A stretch of 64,000 bases of DNA from an uncultured virus (IMG/VR IMGVR_UViG_3300028173_000001) (lineage: Duplodnaviria; Heunggongvirae; Uroviricota; Caudoviricetes), in IMG/VR virus record IMGVR_UViG_3300028173_000001, one strand, 5' to 3'. Shown one piece after another: positions 25,670-35,525 of the stretch (its first letter is position 1; each line of letters opens with the position of its first letter). The translations under genes and the position numbers were made by a program. The notes beneath the pieces were generated by a model. That model was not told the origin of the DNA, did not search any database, and saw nothing but the letters and a program-made list of their open reading frames with translations.

Positions 25670-25855
25670 TTAGTTGGCGTCGAAAACGTCCAACTTACCT
25701 GTCTTTCTTATCTTTTCGAGGATTGCCTTTTCGATTTGACAAATCCTCATTCTGGTCAATCCAAGCTTGTCACCAATCTCTTGCAATGAGCTGTCACGCA
25801 TCGATTTTTTGATTGACGAACCCTTCTTCTCTTTTCTCCTTTTCATTCTTACCAT
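25670..25855 (-). CDS. stand-alone sigma70 region-4 HTH protein
   Basis: SLQEIGDKLGLTRMRICQIEKAILEKIR; start codon uncertain. Confidence 0.7.
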   Translation of the reverse strand: MVRMKRRKEKKGSSIKKSMRDSSLQEIGDKLGLTRMRICQIEKAILEKIRKTGKLDVFDAN

Positions 25856-25896
25856 CCTAATTAAGATTATTATTATAACAGGAGTCAAAGTTTTCA

Positions 25897-27210
25897 ATGA
25901 AAAAATCAAATCGAAAAATAAAAGTGCTCGATACCAGCGTTTTGCTGTACGACGGAGCTGCCCTAGAGAACTTCCCAGGATGTGATGTAATCCTTCCTTT
26001 GGTTGTTCTTGATGAACTGGATAACTTCAAAGGTAAGCCCGGCCTACTAGGAGAAAACGCCCGGCATATCAATCGTCGCCTGGACGAGCTAAGAAAAATC
26101 TCGCCACTTCATGAGGGCGTTGATGTTGGTAATGACCAAACAGTAGCAGTTCGATTAATGTGCGGCAAAGCACCTGAAAACTTTCCACTGGATGTGAACG
26201 ACAACGACAACAAAATCCTGTTGGAGGCTCTTGAGTTGAAAAGAGTTTCGGATGGCAGGGATGTCGTAATCGTTTCAAAAGACATAAACCTGCGCGTAAA
26301 AGCTGATGCTTTGGAGCTGACCGCCGAAGATTACTACAGCGACTACATTGATCTTCCAGAAAAATGGGATGGTGTTGAGCGAATTGTTCTGCCTGGTGAT
26401 GGTATCGATAGGTTGTACGCTTCAAAATGCGCAATTCTTGACGATGCTGTTATGAGTCATAACACGTTTGTTGTCGCAAAAGGAAGTCAATCAAAACAGT
26501 CAGCACTTTGTATCTGGGATGCTAGGGCTTCAAAATTGAGCTTGCTTCAAGATTTGAATATCAAGACAGGCGGCGCTGAGAATGGCGGGTTTTCTGCAAA
26601 AAATAAAGAACAACGATTCGCAATGCAGGTTCTCATGGACGAAAATGTCTCGTTGGTTACAATGTCAGGTCTTGCAGGATCAGGAAAAACATTTATGAGT
26701 CTTCTTGCAGGAATTAGTCAGGTTCAGTCTGGAAAGTTTGATAGAATTGTGATCACAAGAAACATTCAGCCTGTTGGAAAAGAAATGGGATTCCTGCCAG
26801 GCGATGCGAATGACAAGATGGCTCCATGGATGGCACCTGCAATCGACAATCTTCGCAACCATTTCAAAGACAAGAAAATGTTCGAAATGCTGCAAACGAA
26901 TGGACTGATCGAAGTTGCCCCAATGTCATTCATTCGTGGCCGAACATTCACCAACGCATTCATCATTTTGGATGAGGCCCAGAATGCCACAATCCACGAA
27001 CTGAAAACGGTTATCACTCGTGTTGGTGAAGGCAGCAAAATTATTTTGATGGGTGATACGGACCAGATCGATACTCCGTATATCAATAAAGAGACGAATG
27101 GCCTTTCAATTGTTGCTAAAAAGATGCGCGAGTCACTCCACACGGCACATATTCACCTGCCTGTCGGTATCAGGTCAACCATCGCATCAGAAGCGAGCCA
27201 ATTGCTTTGA
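25897..27210 (+). CDS. phoH: PIN-PhoH (PhoH2) protein
   Basis: VLDTSVLL PIN, SKDINLRVKA, GLAGSGKT, GFLPGD, RGRT, DEAQN, GDTDQID. Confidence 0.92.
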   Translation: MKKSNRKIKVLDTSVLLYDGAALENFPGCDVILPLVVLDELDNFKGKPGLLGENARHINRRLDELRKISPLHEGVDVGNDQTVAVRLMCGKAPENFPLDVNDNDNKILLEALELKRVSDGRDVVIVSKDINLRVKADALELTAEDYYSDYIDLPEKWDGVERIVLPGDGIDRLYASKCAILDDAVMSHNTFVVAKGSQSKQSALCIWDARASKLSLLQDLNIKTGGAENGGFSAKNKEQRFAMQVLMDENVSLVTMSGLAGSGKTFMSLLAGISQVQSGKFDRIVITRNIQPVGKEMGFLPGDANDKMAPWMAPAIDNLRNHFKDKKMFEMLQTNGLIEVAPMSFIRGRTFTNAFIILDEAQNATIHELKTVITRVGEGSKIILMGDTDQIDTPYINKETNGLSIVAKKMRESLHTAHIHLPVGIRSTIASEASQLL

Positions 27211-27224
27211 AATTTCTCTGGGCG

Positions 27225-27233
27225 GATATTTAG
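27225..27233 (+). promoter_or_regulatory. candidate late-promoter motif GATATTTAG
   Basis: Upstream of the virion-type operon starting at 27252. Confidence 0.5.
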
Positions 27234-27251
27234 TCCCAGAGGTGCAGTTTC

Positions 27252-27596
27252 ATGGGAAGTCTTAGAGCTCGATTGATTGATAGGAATAGATATGCGAAAC
27301 GGTATCCTTTGATTAGGGCACCGAAACGTTTGTCTTACCTAGGAACCGAAAGCGTCTCGATTGAAGTTGGTTCAATAACATTCGCCGATGCTGATTCTGG
27401 CACGCTAGCGTTCGAGGTGCCTTTCTTGGACGATTCGTACCAAGTTGTCATTGCAGCACGTGACACTGGCGAAGCGTCAGGAGTTAACGTAAACATATAC
27501 ATTGATTCTGCCGGGAGCTCAGATCGCGCTGTTCTTGTACGAGCCTCTGCGAAGTTCACAGGAATTGTCGATGTTTTTGCGGTGAAAACAGGATGA
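27252..27596 (+). CDS. putative virion protein
   Basis: Beta-rich; upstream of the fibre gene. Confidence 0.6.
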   Translation: MGSLRARLIDRNRYAKRYPLIRAPKRLSYLGTESVSIEVGSITFADADSGTLAFEVPFLDDSYQVVIAARDTGEASGVNVNIYIDSAGSSDRAVLVRASAKFTGIVDVFAVKTG

Positions 27597-27904
27597 GGCT
27601 AAATAACTTCACAATACTCGCCGGCAACGCCGCAAATGAAACAGACGAAGAATTAATTTCTACCGGCTCTGTTTCGCCGACAGATGTTTCACTTGAGTCT
27701 CATCCAGATCAGCGATATACATTTTCATCGAACTTTGGGAATGAAGACACTGAATCGCCGTACGGCAACGTACATGCCTACAATACGGCATACGTAAGCA
27801 CTGAAACAGAATTATCTATTACACAAAGCTTAGGAACGCGCCCGATAGGAACAGCGAAATCAAGTTTTATATCGATCATGAATAGCACCGTTCCCGGAGG
27901 ATAA
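27593..27904 (+). CDS. hypothetical protein
   Basis: ATGA coupling. Confidence 0.6.
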   Translation: MRLNNFTILAGNAANETDEELISTGSVSPTDVSLESHPDQRYTFSSNFGNEDTESPYGNVHAYNTAYVSTETELSITQSLGTRPIGTAKSSFISIMNSTVPGG

Positions 27905-27905
27905 A

Positions 27906-30107
27906 ATGTCAAAAGATTTTAGAGCTAGCCAAATAAGAACCGCACAAATTATCGCATCTGGCTCAACGCTCAATAAACCGAGCTTAATTGTTGCTAGCGC
28001 ATCATCACCCGGCGTCGATTTCGACGGATCCGGAATGACAAATGCTGTATTGATGGCAAATGTTGGGCAGGACGTATTCGTATTTGTCTCCGGAACAAGT
28101 GGCTCTCAAGGAACACAAACACCCGGCATCACAATGTTTGGCGGCGATATATTTGTCTCCGGTAATATCGTGACACCTGATGGTGTTATAACGGCTAGCG
28201 CTAATGTACAGCCAGGCGGGTCCACGACACAGGTTCAGTTTAACGACGGCGGGACATTTGGTGGTGATACCGGTATGTCATACGCAAAAGGAGGCTGGGA
28301 TTTAACGGTCGGCGGAAGCGTTTTGACACCAACAGTCTCACCTGCGACAGGAACACTGACGCTGGATTCTGATTCTTCGATGATCATTGGTGGCGCAACG
28401 ATTGCAATTACTGCAGATGGAGGCGATTCGGCGGGTAGTGTTGTTGTCACGACAAATGATACAACTGTCGGAATCGTCGTTGGAAATGTTGCTAACGTTC
28501 CTGTTACACTTGGGCATGCTACATCTGAAACTACCATCGGCGACAACTTAACAGTCACCGGAGATCTTACTGTCAACGGAACAACGACGACGGTAAACTC
28601 AGACAATCTTGTCGTGAAAGATCCACTCGTTTACATCGCATCTGGTAATACGTCGTCTAATCAAAACGGCGGCCTCGCGATCGCGTCAGGATCGAACACC
28701 ACAGATCAGGCTTTAGTTTTCGGTCGAGTCGGAAACGACACATGGGGTGCCGGAAAATTAGACGTCGAAGCCGGCGGGATTGCAGGAGGTGATGTGTCGG
28801 CGATGACTGTCGTTCCGATTAGGGCAAGCAGGTTCGAGGTCGGCGGAACGGGCGGTGGAACGTATGTGACGCAATCGGCCGCCGGACATATTGAAGTAGT
28901 TGGATCATATATTGAACTTGGAATTCTAAATGGGGCATCGGTTATTGCAGTAACTGCATCAGACGTCAGGTTTGGAAACCTCAGTTTAGAATATAATTGG
29001 GAAATTCCGCCGATGCCGGGTGCTGATTCGTTTTATTTTGTGTCTGGCAGTATTGGAGCAAAAGATGGTGGTACAGCGACGACATCTGTCTTTGGCGGCG
29101 ATCTTGTCGTCTCCGGAAACATGCATGCCCTGAATGGCATCACGGGCTCTATCACAAAGTTGACTAACGGTTCATCATATATGGTAGCCGGTACAAACAT
29201 GACACTTACAACCGGAACCAACGGCGATGTTACGTTTGATGCCGCCGGCGGAGGCGGAAGTTCATATTGGTTTGAGGATACGGCCGGGTTTGTTGCGACG
29301 TACACGACAGGAACTGTTGCAATTTCAGGGGGTTCTGGAGTTGAAGCTGCACAATTAGGAGCCGGCTTAGACACAAATTTTTGGGTGTCAGGCAGTACAG
29401 AAGATCAAATAGACGGCGACACACCACACATAACAACATTCGGTGGTCATGTAGTTGTATCAGGCGCAATTTATGGCGGCGAGAATCCGTTTGGTCCTGG
29501 AACTCGTTTGCTTAATTTGAGATCTGACGTGATTGCTATGCACAGCTCACAATTAGGTGAGTATGGTGATGACGTCGCAATTGTTTTGCAGGGTACACAG
29601 GGATCAAAAAACTCGTCAACTCGCGGGGTTACTGAATTTACAGGTGATGTCCATATATCAGGATCACGAACTGGCGGCAGCGCATATGGCGGCATGTATG
29701 CGTACACTACGGGTTCTGAACAAACTTTAGTTGCGAACACTCCTGAAATCGTTGATTGGGGTGCTCTGAATGCATCTGAAATGTCAGGTTCGGCTTTTGG
29801 TGCTTCGCCTGACATTGTTTCAAATAATATTGCGATAACACAGCCTGGCCCATGGAATGTAAGTTTTAACGCATCATTTTCAGGGACAGCGGAATCTGTA
29901 GTAAATCTTGAATGTAGATTCGGCGCCGAAATTCAAAATCATATTGCTGCACAGACGGTGCTAAACCAGGTTGGAAGTGCCATGAGTGTCTCGGCAGCCG
30001 GAATTATCGACGTTCCAGAGGGCGGTGGATTCCTAGAATTATGGGTTGAAAGTAACAACACAGCAATAACATTCAAAAGGCTGAGTATGTTCGCGACCTC
30101 GCTCTAG
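27906..30107 (+). CDS. tail-fibre/virion fibre-like protein
   Basis: G/S/T-rich; PGGSTTQVQFNDGG, LTVTGDLTVNGTTTTVNS motifs; four VSG..FGGD.VVSG-like repeats; C-terminal beta-sandwich-like region. Confidence 0.7.
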   Translation: MSKDFRASQIRTAQIIASGSTLNKPSLIVASASSPGVDFDGSGMTNAVLMANVGQDVFVFVSGTSGSQGTQTPGITMFGGDIFVSGNIVTPDGVITASANVQPGGSTTQVQFNDGGTFGGDTGMSYAKGGWDLTVGGSVLTPTVSPATGTLTLDSDSSMIIGGATIAITADGGDSAGSVVVTTNDTTVGIVVGNVANVPVTLGHATSETTIGDNLTVTGDLTVNGTTTTVNSDNLVVKDPLVYIASGNTSSNQNGGLAIASGSNTTDQALVFGRVGNDTWGAGKLDVEAGGIAGGDVSAMTVVPIRASRFEVGGTGGGTYVTQSAAGHIEVVGSYIELGILNGASVIAVTASDVRFGNLSLEYNWEIPPMPGADSFYFVSGSIGAKDGGTATTSVFGGDLVVSGNMHALNGITGSITKLTNGSSYMVAGTNMTLTTGTNGDVTFDAAGGGGSSYWFEDTAGFVATYTTGTVAISGGSGVEAAQLGAGLDTNFWVSGSTEDQIDGDTPHITTFGGHVVVSGAIYGGENPFGPGTRLLNLRSDVIAMHSSQLGEYGDDVAIVLQGTQGSKNSSTRGVTEFTGDVHISGSRTGGSAYGGMYAYTTGSEQTLVANTPEIVDWGALNASEMSGSAFGASPDIVSNNIAITQPGPWNVSFNASFSGTAESVVNLECRFGAEIQNHIAAQTVLNQVGSAMSVSAAGIIDVPEGGGFLELWVESNNTAITFKRLSMFATSL

Positions 30108-30224
30108 AAAATAGTTTTGTACATCTGCTCAAAATGAGCTATAAAATGTTTATGGAAAAACAAAGAAACCCACGCAAAATTCTAATACTACTAAAAAACT
30201 GACTACCAAGATTACCAAGGTTTC

Positions 30225-30262
30225 AGCAACATATATCTTCGTGAACTCAGATATATGTTGCT
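30225..30262. repeat. perfect 14-bp inverted repeat with 10-nt spacer in an AT-rich intergenic region
   Basis: AGCAACATATATCT-TCGTGAACTC-AGATATATGTTGCT. Confidence 0.85.
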
Positions 30263-30369
30263 TTAAGAGCTGAGAAGTATCTTTTAACAGATTAGCAACT
30301 ACCAATATGTTATAGACACTGATTGAAAAAACATCGTGATCAGTGTATACTAACTTTAGGGAAACTAAT

Positions 30370-32295
30370 ATGCAGTTGATCAGTCCTTTTGGCAACAACA
30401 AAAAAGCAGTCTCAATCAATGATGAAACTGAGGTAATCTTTGTAGCGGATATGTTCGTTGAAACATACTCAGGCGGAGCTGAGCTGACAACTGAGGCTCT
30501 AATCAAAAACGCTCCAATGAAGACTCAGAAAATATTGTCGAGAGATGTTGACATTGATCTTCTGAAAGACGGTGCCTCAAAATACTGGATTTTTGGAAAC
30601 TTTGCTGCGCTAGATGTCAGGTTGGTTCCTACCATCGTCGCAAACCTGAAATACAGTGTCCTAGAATACGACTACAAATATTGCAGATACAGATCACCAG
30701 AAAAACATCTTTTTGCTGAACAGGAAGAATGTAACTGTCATGAAGCTGAAGTTGGAAAGATGATTTCAGCATTCTACTTTGGTGCCAAGTCACTTTGGTG
30801 GATGAGCGAAGCTCAGCAGAACCACTATTTTAGTAAGTTTCCATTTTTGGCGCAGAAAAAGAACTGCGTGCTGAGCTCAGTTTTCGATGATGAAACGTTC
30901 GTCAACTTCAAACTCATCAGGCACGGTTCCAAGAACAAAAACAGAACAAAATGGATCGTGTTAGGCTCAGGCTCATGGGTGAAGGGTGCCGATCAGGCAA
31001 AGCAGTGGTGTATCGATCAAGGGCATGAATACGAAGTAGTTTGGGGTCTGTCTCACCACGAAACACTCCTCAAACTTTCAGAGGCAAAGGGGTTCGTATA
31101 TCTACCACGAGGAAAAGATACATGCCCGAGAATGGTCATCGAAGCAAAATTGTTGGGCTGCGAGTTGGTACTCAACGAATATGTTCAGCACCGAGACGAG
31201 GAATGGTTCGCAACAGATAATATACTGGAGATCGAAGAATATCTATACGCCTCCCGCGATTTGTTTTGGAAGCAGATCCAAGACGAAATGAACTACAAGC
31301 CAACAATTTCAGGCTACATGACAACGAAAGACTGTTTCCGTCAGGGTTACCCATTCCGTGAGGCTATTCTGTCAATGCTCAATTTCTGTGACGAAGTAAT
31401 TGTTGTAGACGGCGGCTCAACAGACGATACGTGGCATGAGCTTTCCACATGGGCAAGGCACACCAACGGACTTACTGTCAAGCAGAAAAAGTTAGATTGG
31501 GATCATCCACGATTTGCAGTCTTCGACGGCGAACAAAAGGCAAGGGCTCGAAGTCTCTGCACAGGTGATTTCTGTTGGCAACAAGATGCCGACGAGATCG
31601 TCCATGAAAACGATTACGACAAAATCAGAAAAACAGTTCTAAATTTCCCCAACTACACGGATTTGGTTTCATTACCGGTCACAGAATATTGGGGTAGTGG
31701 AGGAAAGGTCCGCATTGATGTCAACCCGTGGAAATGGCGCTTGTCAAGGAACCTACCACACATCACACACGGTATTCCTGGCAACCTAAGACAAACCGAT
31801 GAAGCAGGAGATTTGTACTCACTCCCAGGCAGTGACGGTTGCGATTTCATTCATAAAGACACGCTCGAACTGATTCCACATGCCAGCTTCTACAATGAAG
31901 GTGCTCACAATGCCAGAGTCGCAGCCTTACAAGGAAATGTTGATGCATTGGCGGCGTATGCTGAATGGTTCAATCGTTGCACAGAATTGCTGCCTGGTGT
32001 CCACCATTACTCATGGCGAAACCTGGAAAGGAAAATTCGAACGTACCGTGATTATTGGAGCTCACATTGGCAATCATTGTATAATGTCAAACAGGAAGAC
32101 ACGGCGGAGAACAATATGTTCTTCCAGAAGCCATGGGCTGAAGTTTCTGACGAAGAGATTACCTCGTTGGCCAAAGAACTCGAGGAGAAAATGGGAGGAT
32201 GGGTTTTCCATAATCCGGTAGACTTCTCAAAGCCGACGCCGTCAATAACGGTTGAGTGCGGACATCCAAAGATAATGGAAAATAATAATGGATGA
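30370..32295 (+). CDS. two-domain glycosyltransferase (GT-B-like + GT2)
   Basis: GGAELT, DTCPRMVIEAKLLG; VVDGGSTD, QDADE. Confidence 0.8.
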   Translation: MQLISPFGNNKKAVSINDETEVIFVADMFVETYSGGAELTTEALIKNAPMKTQKILSRDVDIDLLKDGASKYWIFGNFAALDVRLVPTIVANLKYSVLEYDYKYCRYRSPEKHLFAEQEECNCHEAEVGKMISAFYFGAKSLWWMSEAQQNHYFSKFPFLAQKKNCVLSSVFDDETFVNFKLIRHGSKNKNRTKWIVLGSGSWVKGADQAKQWCIDQGHEYEVVWGLSHHETLLKLSEAKGFVYLPRGKDTCPRMVIEAKLLGCELVLNEYVQHRDEEWFATDNILEIEEYLYASRDLFWKQIQDEMNYKPTISGYMTTKDCFRQGYPFREAILSMLNFCDEVIVVDGGSTDDTWHELSTWARHTNGLTVKQKKLDWDHPRFAVFDGEQKARARSLCTGDFCWQQDADEIVHENDYDKIRKTVLNFPNYTDLVSLPVTEYWGSGGKVRIDVNPWKWRLSRNLPHITHGIPGNLRQTDEAGDLYSLPGSDGCDFIHKDTLELIPHASFYNEGAHNARVAALQGNVDALAAYAEWFNRCTELLPGVHHYSWRNLERKIRTYRDYWSSHWQSLYNVKQEDTAENNMFFQKPWAEVSDEEITSLAKELEEKMGGWVFHNPVDFSKPTPSITVECGHPKIMENNNG

Positions 32296-32524
32296 AGCAC
32301 AACAAAAAGAGTTCAACCTATTAGAACAAAAATGGATCTCGACTATGAACCCAAATGATTTCCGCAAGCTAGAACGTTTTTGTTATAATATAAAGTATGA
32401 ACGAGAAGCCACAAAAACCCGAAAAGAAGATGCACGACTGAGAGATTTAGAGAAAAAACATAACATCAGGATCCTTAGAGAGGGCGAAAGAATTGACACA
32501 TCAGCATGGGAAGGCGTACGATGA
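32288..32524 (+). CDS. hypothetical protein
   Basis: Overlapping operon arrangement. Confidence 0.55.
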   Translation: MDEAQQKEFNLLEQKWISTMNPNDFRKLERFCYNIKYEREATKTRKEDARLRDLEKKHNIRILREGERIDTSAWEGVR

Positions 32525-33249
32525 AAGTCTGTATTATCATTGCAAACTATAATCACTCACAGTACCTCGATGAAAGCATCCAGTCAGCCCGAGATCAAAC
32601 ACACAAAGATCTTGAAATTGTCGTTGTCGACGATGGATCTGACGATCAACCTATTGTCCGCAAAATGGTCGAAGCGTTTATGCATTTGGATGACAGGATT
32701 GTTTATCATGAACTCCCAGAAAATCGCGGAAAATGGTATGCACTAAATTATGCAATCGAAAAAACAGGTTGCACGCTTATCACAACACTAGACGCCGACG
32801 ACATATGTCTGGCAGACAGGATTGAAAGGCAAGTCCGTGTGTTTATGACTGTCCCAAATACACAGCATGTCCTGACAGGCTTTTATCATTGTTGGAGTCA
32901 GGAAGACATAGATAGGTGCTGGTCAAAGAAAATAAACCAGGATCCGGTTCTGAACATAATTGAAGCTGATGAAGTCCGCCAGCACGTGCTCACAGGCCTC
33001 AGCACACCAGGCATCAACCATTTCTACACCGGCCCATACGAAACAGCAGGTGCATCGGCAATGTTTGTTCGTGGACTTTGGGATGTAGGCATCAGGTTCA
33101 ATCCGCCAGGAACAAAAACACGAGTGCTCCTAAGCGAAGACTCAGATTTCAATTTCAGGGCCACGGCACTTGTGGGCCGAACAGTCATCCTGAATGAAAA
33201 ACTATATTGCTACCGCAGAAACACATCCACCAACAAGGAGGAGATGTGA
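32521..33249 (+). CDS. GT2 glycosyltransferase
   Basis: IIANYN, VVDDGS, LDADD, SEDSDF. Confidence 0.9.
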   Translation: MKVCIIIANYNHSQYLDESIQSARDQTHKDLEIVVVDDGSDDQPIVRKMVEAFMHLDDRIVYHELPENRGKWYALNYAIEKTGCTLITTLDADDICLADRIERQVRVFMTVPNTQHVLTGFYHCWSQEDIDRCWSKKINQDPVLNIIEADEVRQHVLTGLSTPGINHFYTGPYETAGASAMFVRGLWDVGIRFNPPGTKTRVLLSEDSDFNFRATALVGRTVILNEKLYCYRRNTSTNKEEM

Positions 33250-34196
33250 AAAAGAAGATTAGGATCTTGGCCGTTTCAAAACCAACCACCTTTGGACCAG
33301 GCGTCGGGTATTCACATCATGCTCAGGCTCTGAATCATCCGGATTTCGAGCTGGTTGATTTGACACAGGATATTTGGGACGACCCAAACGGTTTCTCAAA
33401 ATTTGATTTTGTATGGGCCTACGTGAGATTCCAGCCAATCATCTTGGCACGAGCTAAAGAAGCTGGAATTCCTTTCATCGGCGGTCCTAATGTTGTGATG
33501 GAACGTGCTGACAAGGGCATCACTGATGACTGGGAACGATGGTACCTGGAAGAATCCGGTGCCGATGTGAATCTCAATGTTGCCGATTACTACACAAACC
33601 ACGTGAAGCAATTCGCCAAGGGTATCAAACGCTGCGAAACCCTGGAATATTGCTATGAACTTCCGATGATTCAGCCTGTAAACAAGTCCCGTGATATCGA
33701 CGTTTTGGTTTATGTGAAAGACAGGGTCAATGATGGTAAATCATTCAAAATGGCGACGATGTTCTGCGAAAAACTTGAGCATGACGGTCTCACATACAAA
33801 ATTATCAATTATGGGTCGTACGAAAATGAAGATTATCTCCGGGCCTGTTCAAACGCAAAAGTAACGGCATGGTTCTGTATCGAGGACTATTGCAGTCTTG
33901 CCCAGATGGAAGCCCAAAACCTGGGTTCCTGTGTGATCGGGACACCATATAATCTCACAATTCCTGTCGCCGATGAAGCTATTTGTAAGAATTCGCAGGT
34001 TATGAATGAATGGATCGAATGGAAAGATGAAAAAACGGTCGTAAGTGATTACTATAATACAATGAACGCAATCCTGCGAGAGTTAAATTTGAATGAGAGG
34101 GTCCAACATCAATCCTCCACACGATTTTCGCATGCAGAATACCGTAAAAACGTTCATACACTACTAGACAAAATAAGGGGTCAAGATGACGGATAG
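33246..34196 (+). CDS. GT-B-like glycosyltransferase
   Basis: IGGPN, EDYCSLAQMEAQNLG; GTG start with GGAG RBS. Confidence 0.6.
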   Translation: MKKKIRILAVSKPTTFGPGVGYSHHAQALNHPDFELVDLTQDIWDDPNGFSKFDFVWAYVRFQPIILARAKEAGIPFIGGPNVVMERADKGITDDWERWYLEESGADVNLNVADYYTNHVKQFAKGIKRCETLEYCYELPMIQPVNKSRDIDVLVYVKDRVNDGKSFKMATMFCEKLEHDGLTYKIINYGSYENEDYLRACSNAKVTAWFCIEDYCSLAQMEAQNLGSCVIGTPYNLTIPVADEAICKNSQVMNEWIEWKDEKTVVSDYYNTMNAILRELNLNERVQHQSSTRFSHAEYRKNVHTLLDKIRGQDDG

Positions 34197-34599
34197 GAAA
34201 TATCTTCCAACACTTTCTGAGTTGGTTGACAGGTTGTCAATCGCACAACTAAAAGAGGTGTTCATTGTCGAACACAAAGCAGAGTATGCAGATGAGATTA
34301 GCGACATTTTGCACGACATTCAATTGTTGGCTGAAAATGAGGATCTGAAGTTCTCTGCCGACGTTGTTCGTGCTATTGTAGTTTTGTCACAAATGAATTT
34401 ACATATTTGGCACAATGAAACAAATTACAGGAAAGGGATTGGTGAAGGGAATGACCTTGAATTGACCCATGGCCTGAACGGGATTAGAAACACAGCAAAA
34501 AACAAAATCCAGGAAAAAGTGGGCGGACGTAAAGACTACAAAATCGATTGTCTTGCAGCAGACTTCAAAGACTGGGAAATCAGCTGGGGGAAACAATGA
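34186..34599 (+). CDS. helical hypothetical protein of glycan clusters
   Basis: TLSELVDRLSI...NLHIWHNE...NGIRN. Confidence 0.6.
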   Translation: MTDRKYLPTLSELVDRLSIAQLKEVFIVEHKAEYADEISDILHDIQLLAENEDLKFSADVVRAIVVLSQMNLHIWHNETNYRKGIGEGNDLELTHGLNGIRNTAKNKIQEKVGGRKDYKIDCLAADFKDWEISWGKQ

Positions 34600-35525
34600 A
34601 AAAAGTACTTATTACAGGTGGAGCAGGATACATTGGCAGTTCGTTGATTCCATGGTTCCTGCATGATCATAAGGTCACGGTCATCGACTCATTAATGTAT
34701 GATAAAACTAGTCTTCTTCCGTACTTAACACATAAAAATTTCGAATTTGTGAAGGGTGACGTCCGCGACACTAAATTATTAACGAAACTAGTTAATGATG
34801 CAGACATCATTGTTCCATTGGCTGCATTAGTCGGCTTTCCGCTATGTCGCGATGACGAAAGAGGTGCCGTCGAGATTAATGCAACGGCAAACACATTCAT
34901 TGCATCAATTAAGCAACCTAATCAAATTGTTGTATACCCATGCACAAATTCTGGTTACGGAAACGCCAATGCGGGCGAGGTTTGTACTGAAGAGTCACCG
35001 ATGACACCAATTACGTTATACGGCACGACGAAGGTCGACGCGGAAAAGGCCTTTATTGCAACCCCGGGGTGCACAACACTTCGTCTAGCAACAGTATATG
35101 GACCCTCTCCAAGAATGCGATCAGATTTGCTTATCAACAATTTTACGTTGAAGGCAATGAAGGAAAAAGCGCTTGTTCTTTATGAGGACTCATTCAAGCG
35201 AAACTATGTGCATATCCAAGATGTTTGTGCAGCGTTCAGGTTCGTTGTTGATAACTGGGCTGAATGCAAAGACCAAGTGTTCAATGTCGGCAACGATGCC
35301 CTAAATTGCACAAAAATGGAATTGGCAAAACAAATTGCCGAAGTTATTCCGTGCGAGATTTACGTGAATGAGAATTTCAAAGATCCAGACAAACGTGATT
35401 ACATCGTCAGCAGCCAGAAAATCTACGATTTAGGATTTGAGTGCAAGATCGATTTGAAGACGGGAATCAAACAGGTTCAGTCAGCATATGATATTTTAGA
35501 TGAGCCATGGTATGCCAACTACTAA
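34596..35525 (+). CDS. NAD-dependent epimerase/dehydratase
   Basis: TGGAGYIG, YGTTK, LRLATVYG. Confidence 0.9.
   Translation: MKKVLITGGAGYIGSSLIPWFLHDHKVTVIDSLMYDKTSLLPYLTHKNFEFVKGDVRDTKLLTKLVNDADIIVPLAALVGFPLCRDDERGAVEINATANTFIASIKQPNQIVVYPCTNSGYGNANAGEVCTEESPMTPITLYGTTKVDAEKAFIATPGCTTLRLATVYGPSPRMRSDLLINNFTLKAMKEKALVLYEDSFKRNYVHIQDVCAAFRFVVDNWAECKDQVFNVGNDALNCTKMELAKQIAEVIPCEIYVNENFKDPDKRDYIVSSQKIYDLGFECKIDLKTGIKQVQSAYDILDEPWYANY

Noticed and set aside
16266..27210. Host chromosomal DNA (bacterial-looking clpP/prkA/phoH block)
   Set aside because: It is interleaved with phage-type hypotheticals, shares the phage promoter motifs, and is continuous with virion genes; no housekeeping synteny
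27906..30107. Diversity-generating retroelement target
   Set aside because: No reverse transcriptase and no TR/VR nucleotide repeat pair seen in the window
30150..30506. 118-aa minus-strand ORF across the origin-like gap
   Set aside because: It overlaps the GT start antisense; its hydrophobic tail is a by-product of the A/C-rich strand bias
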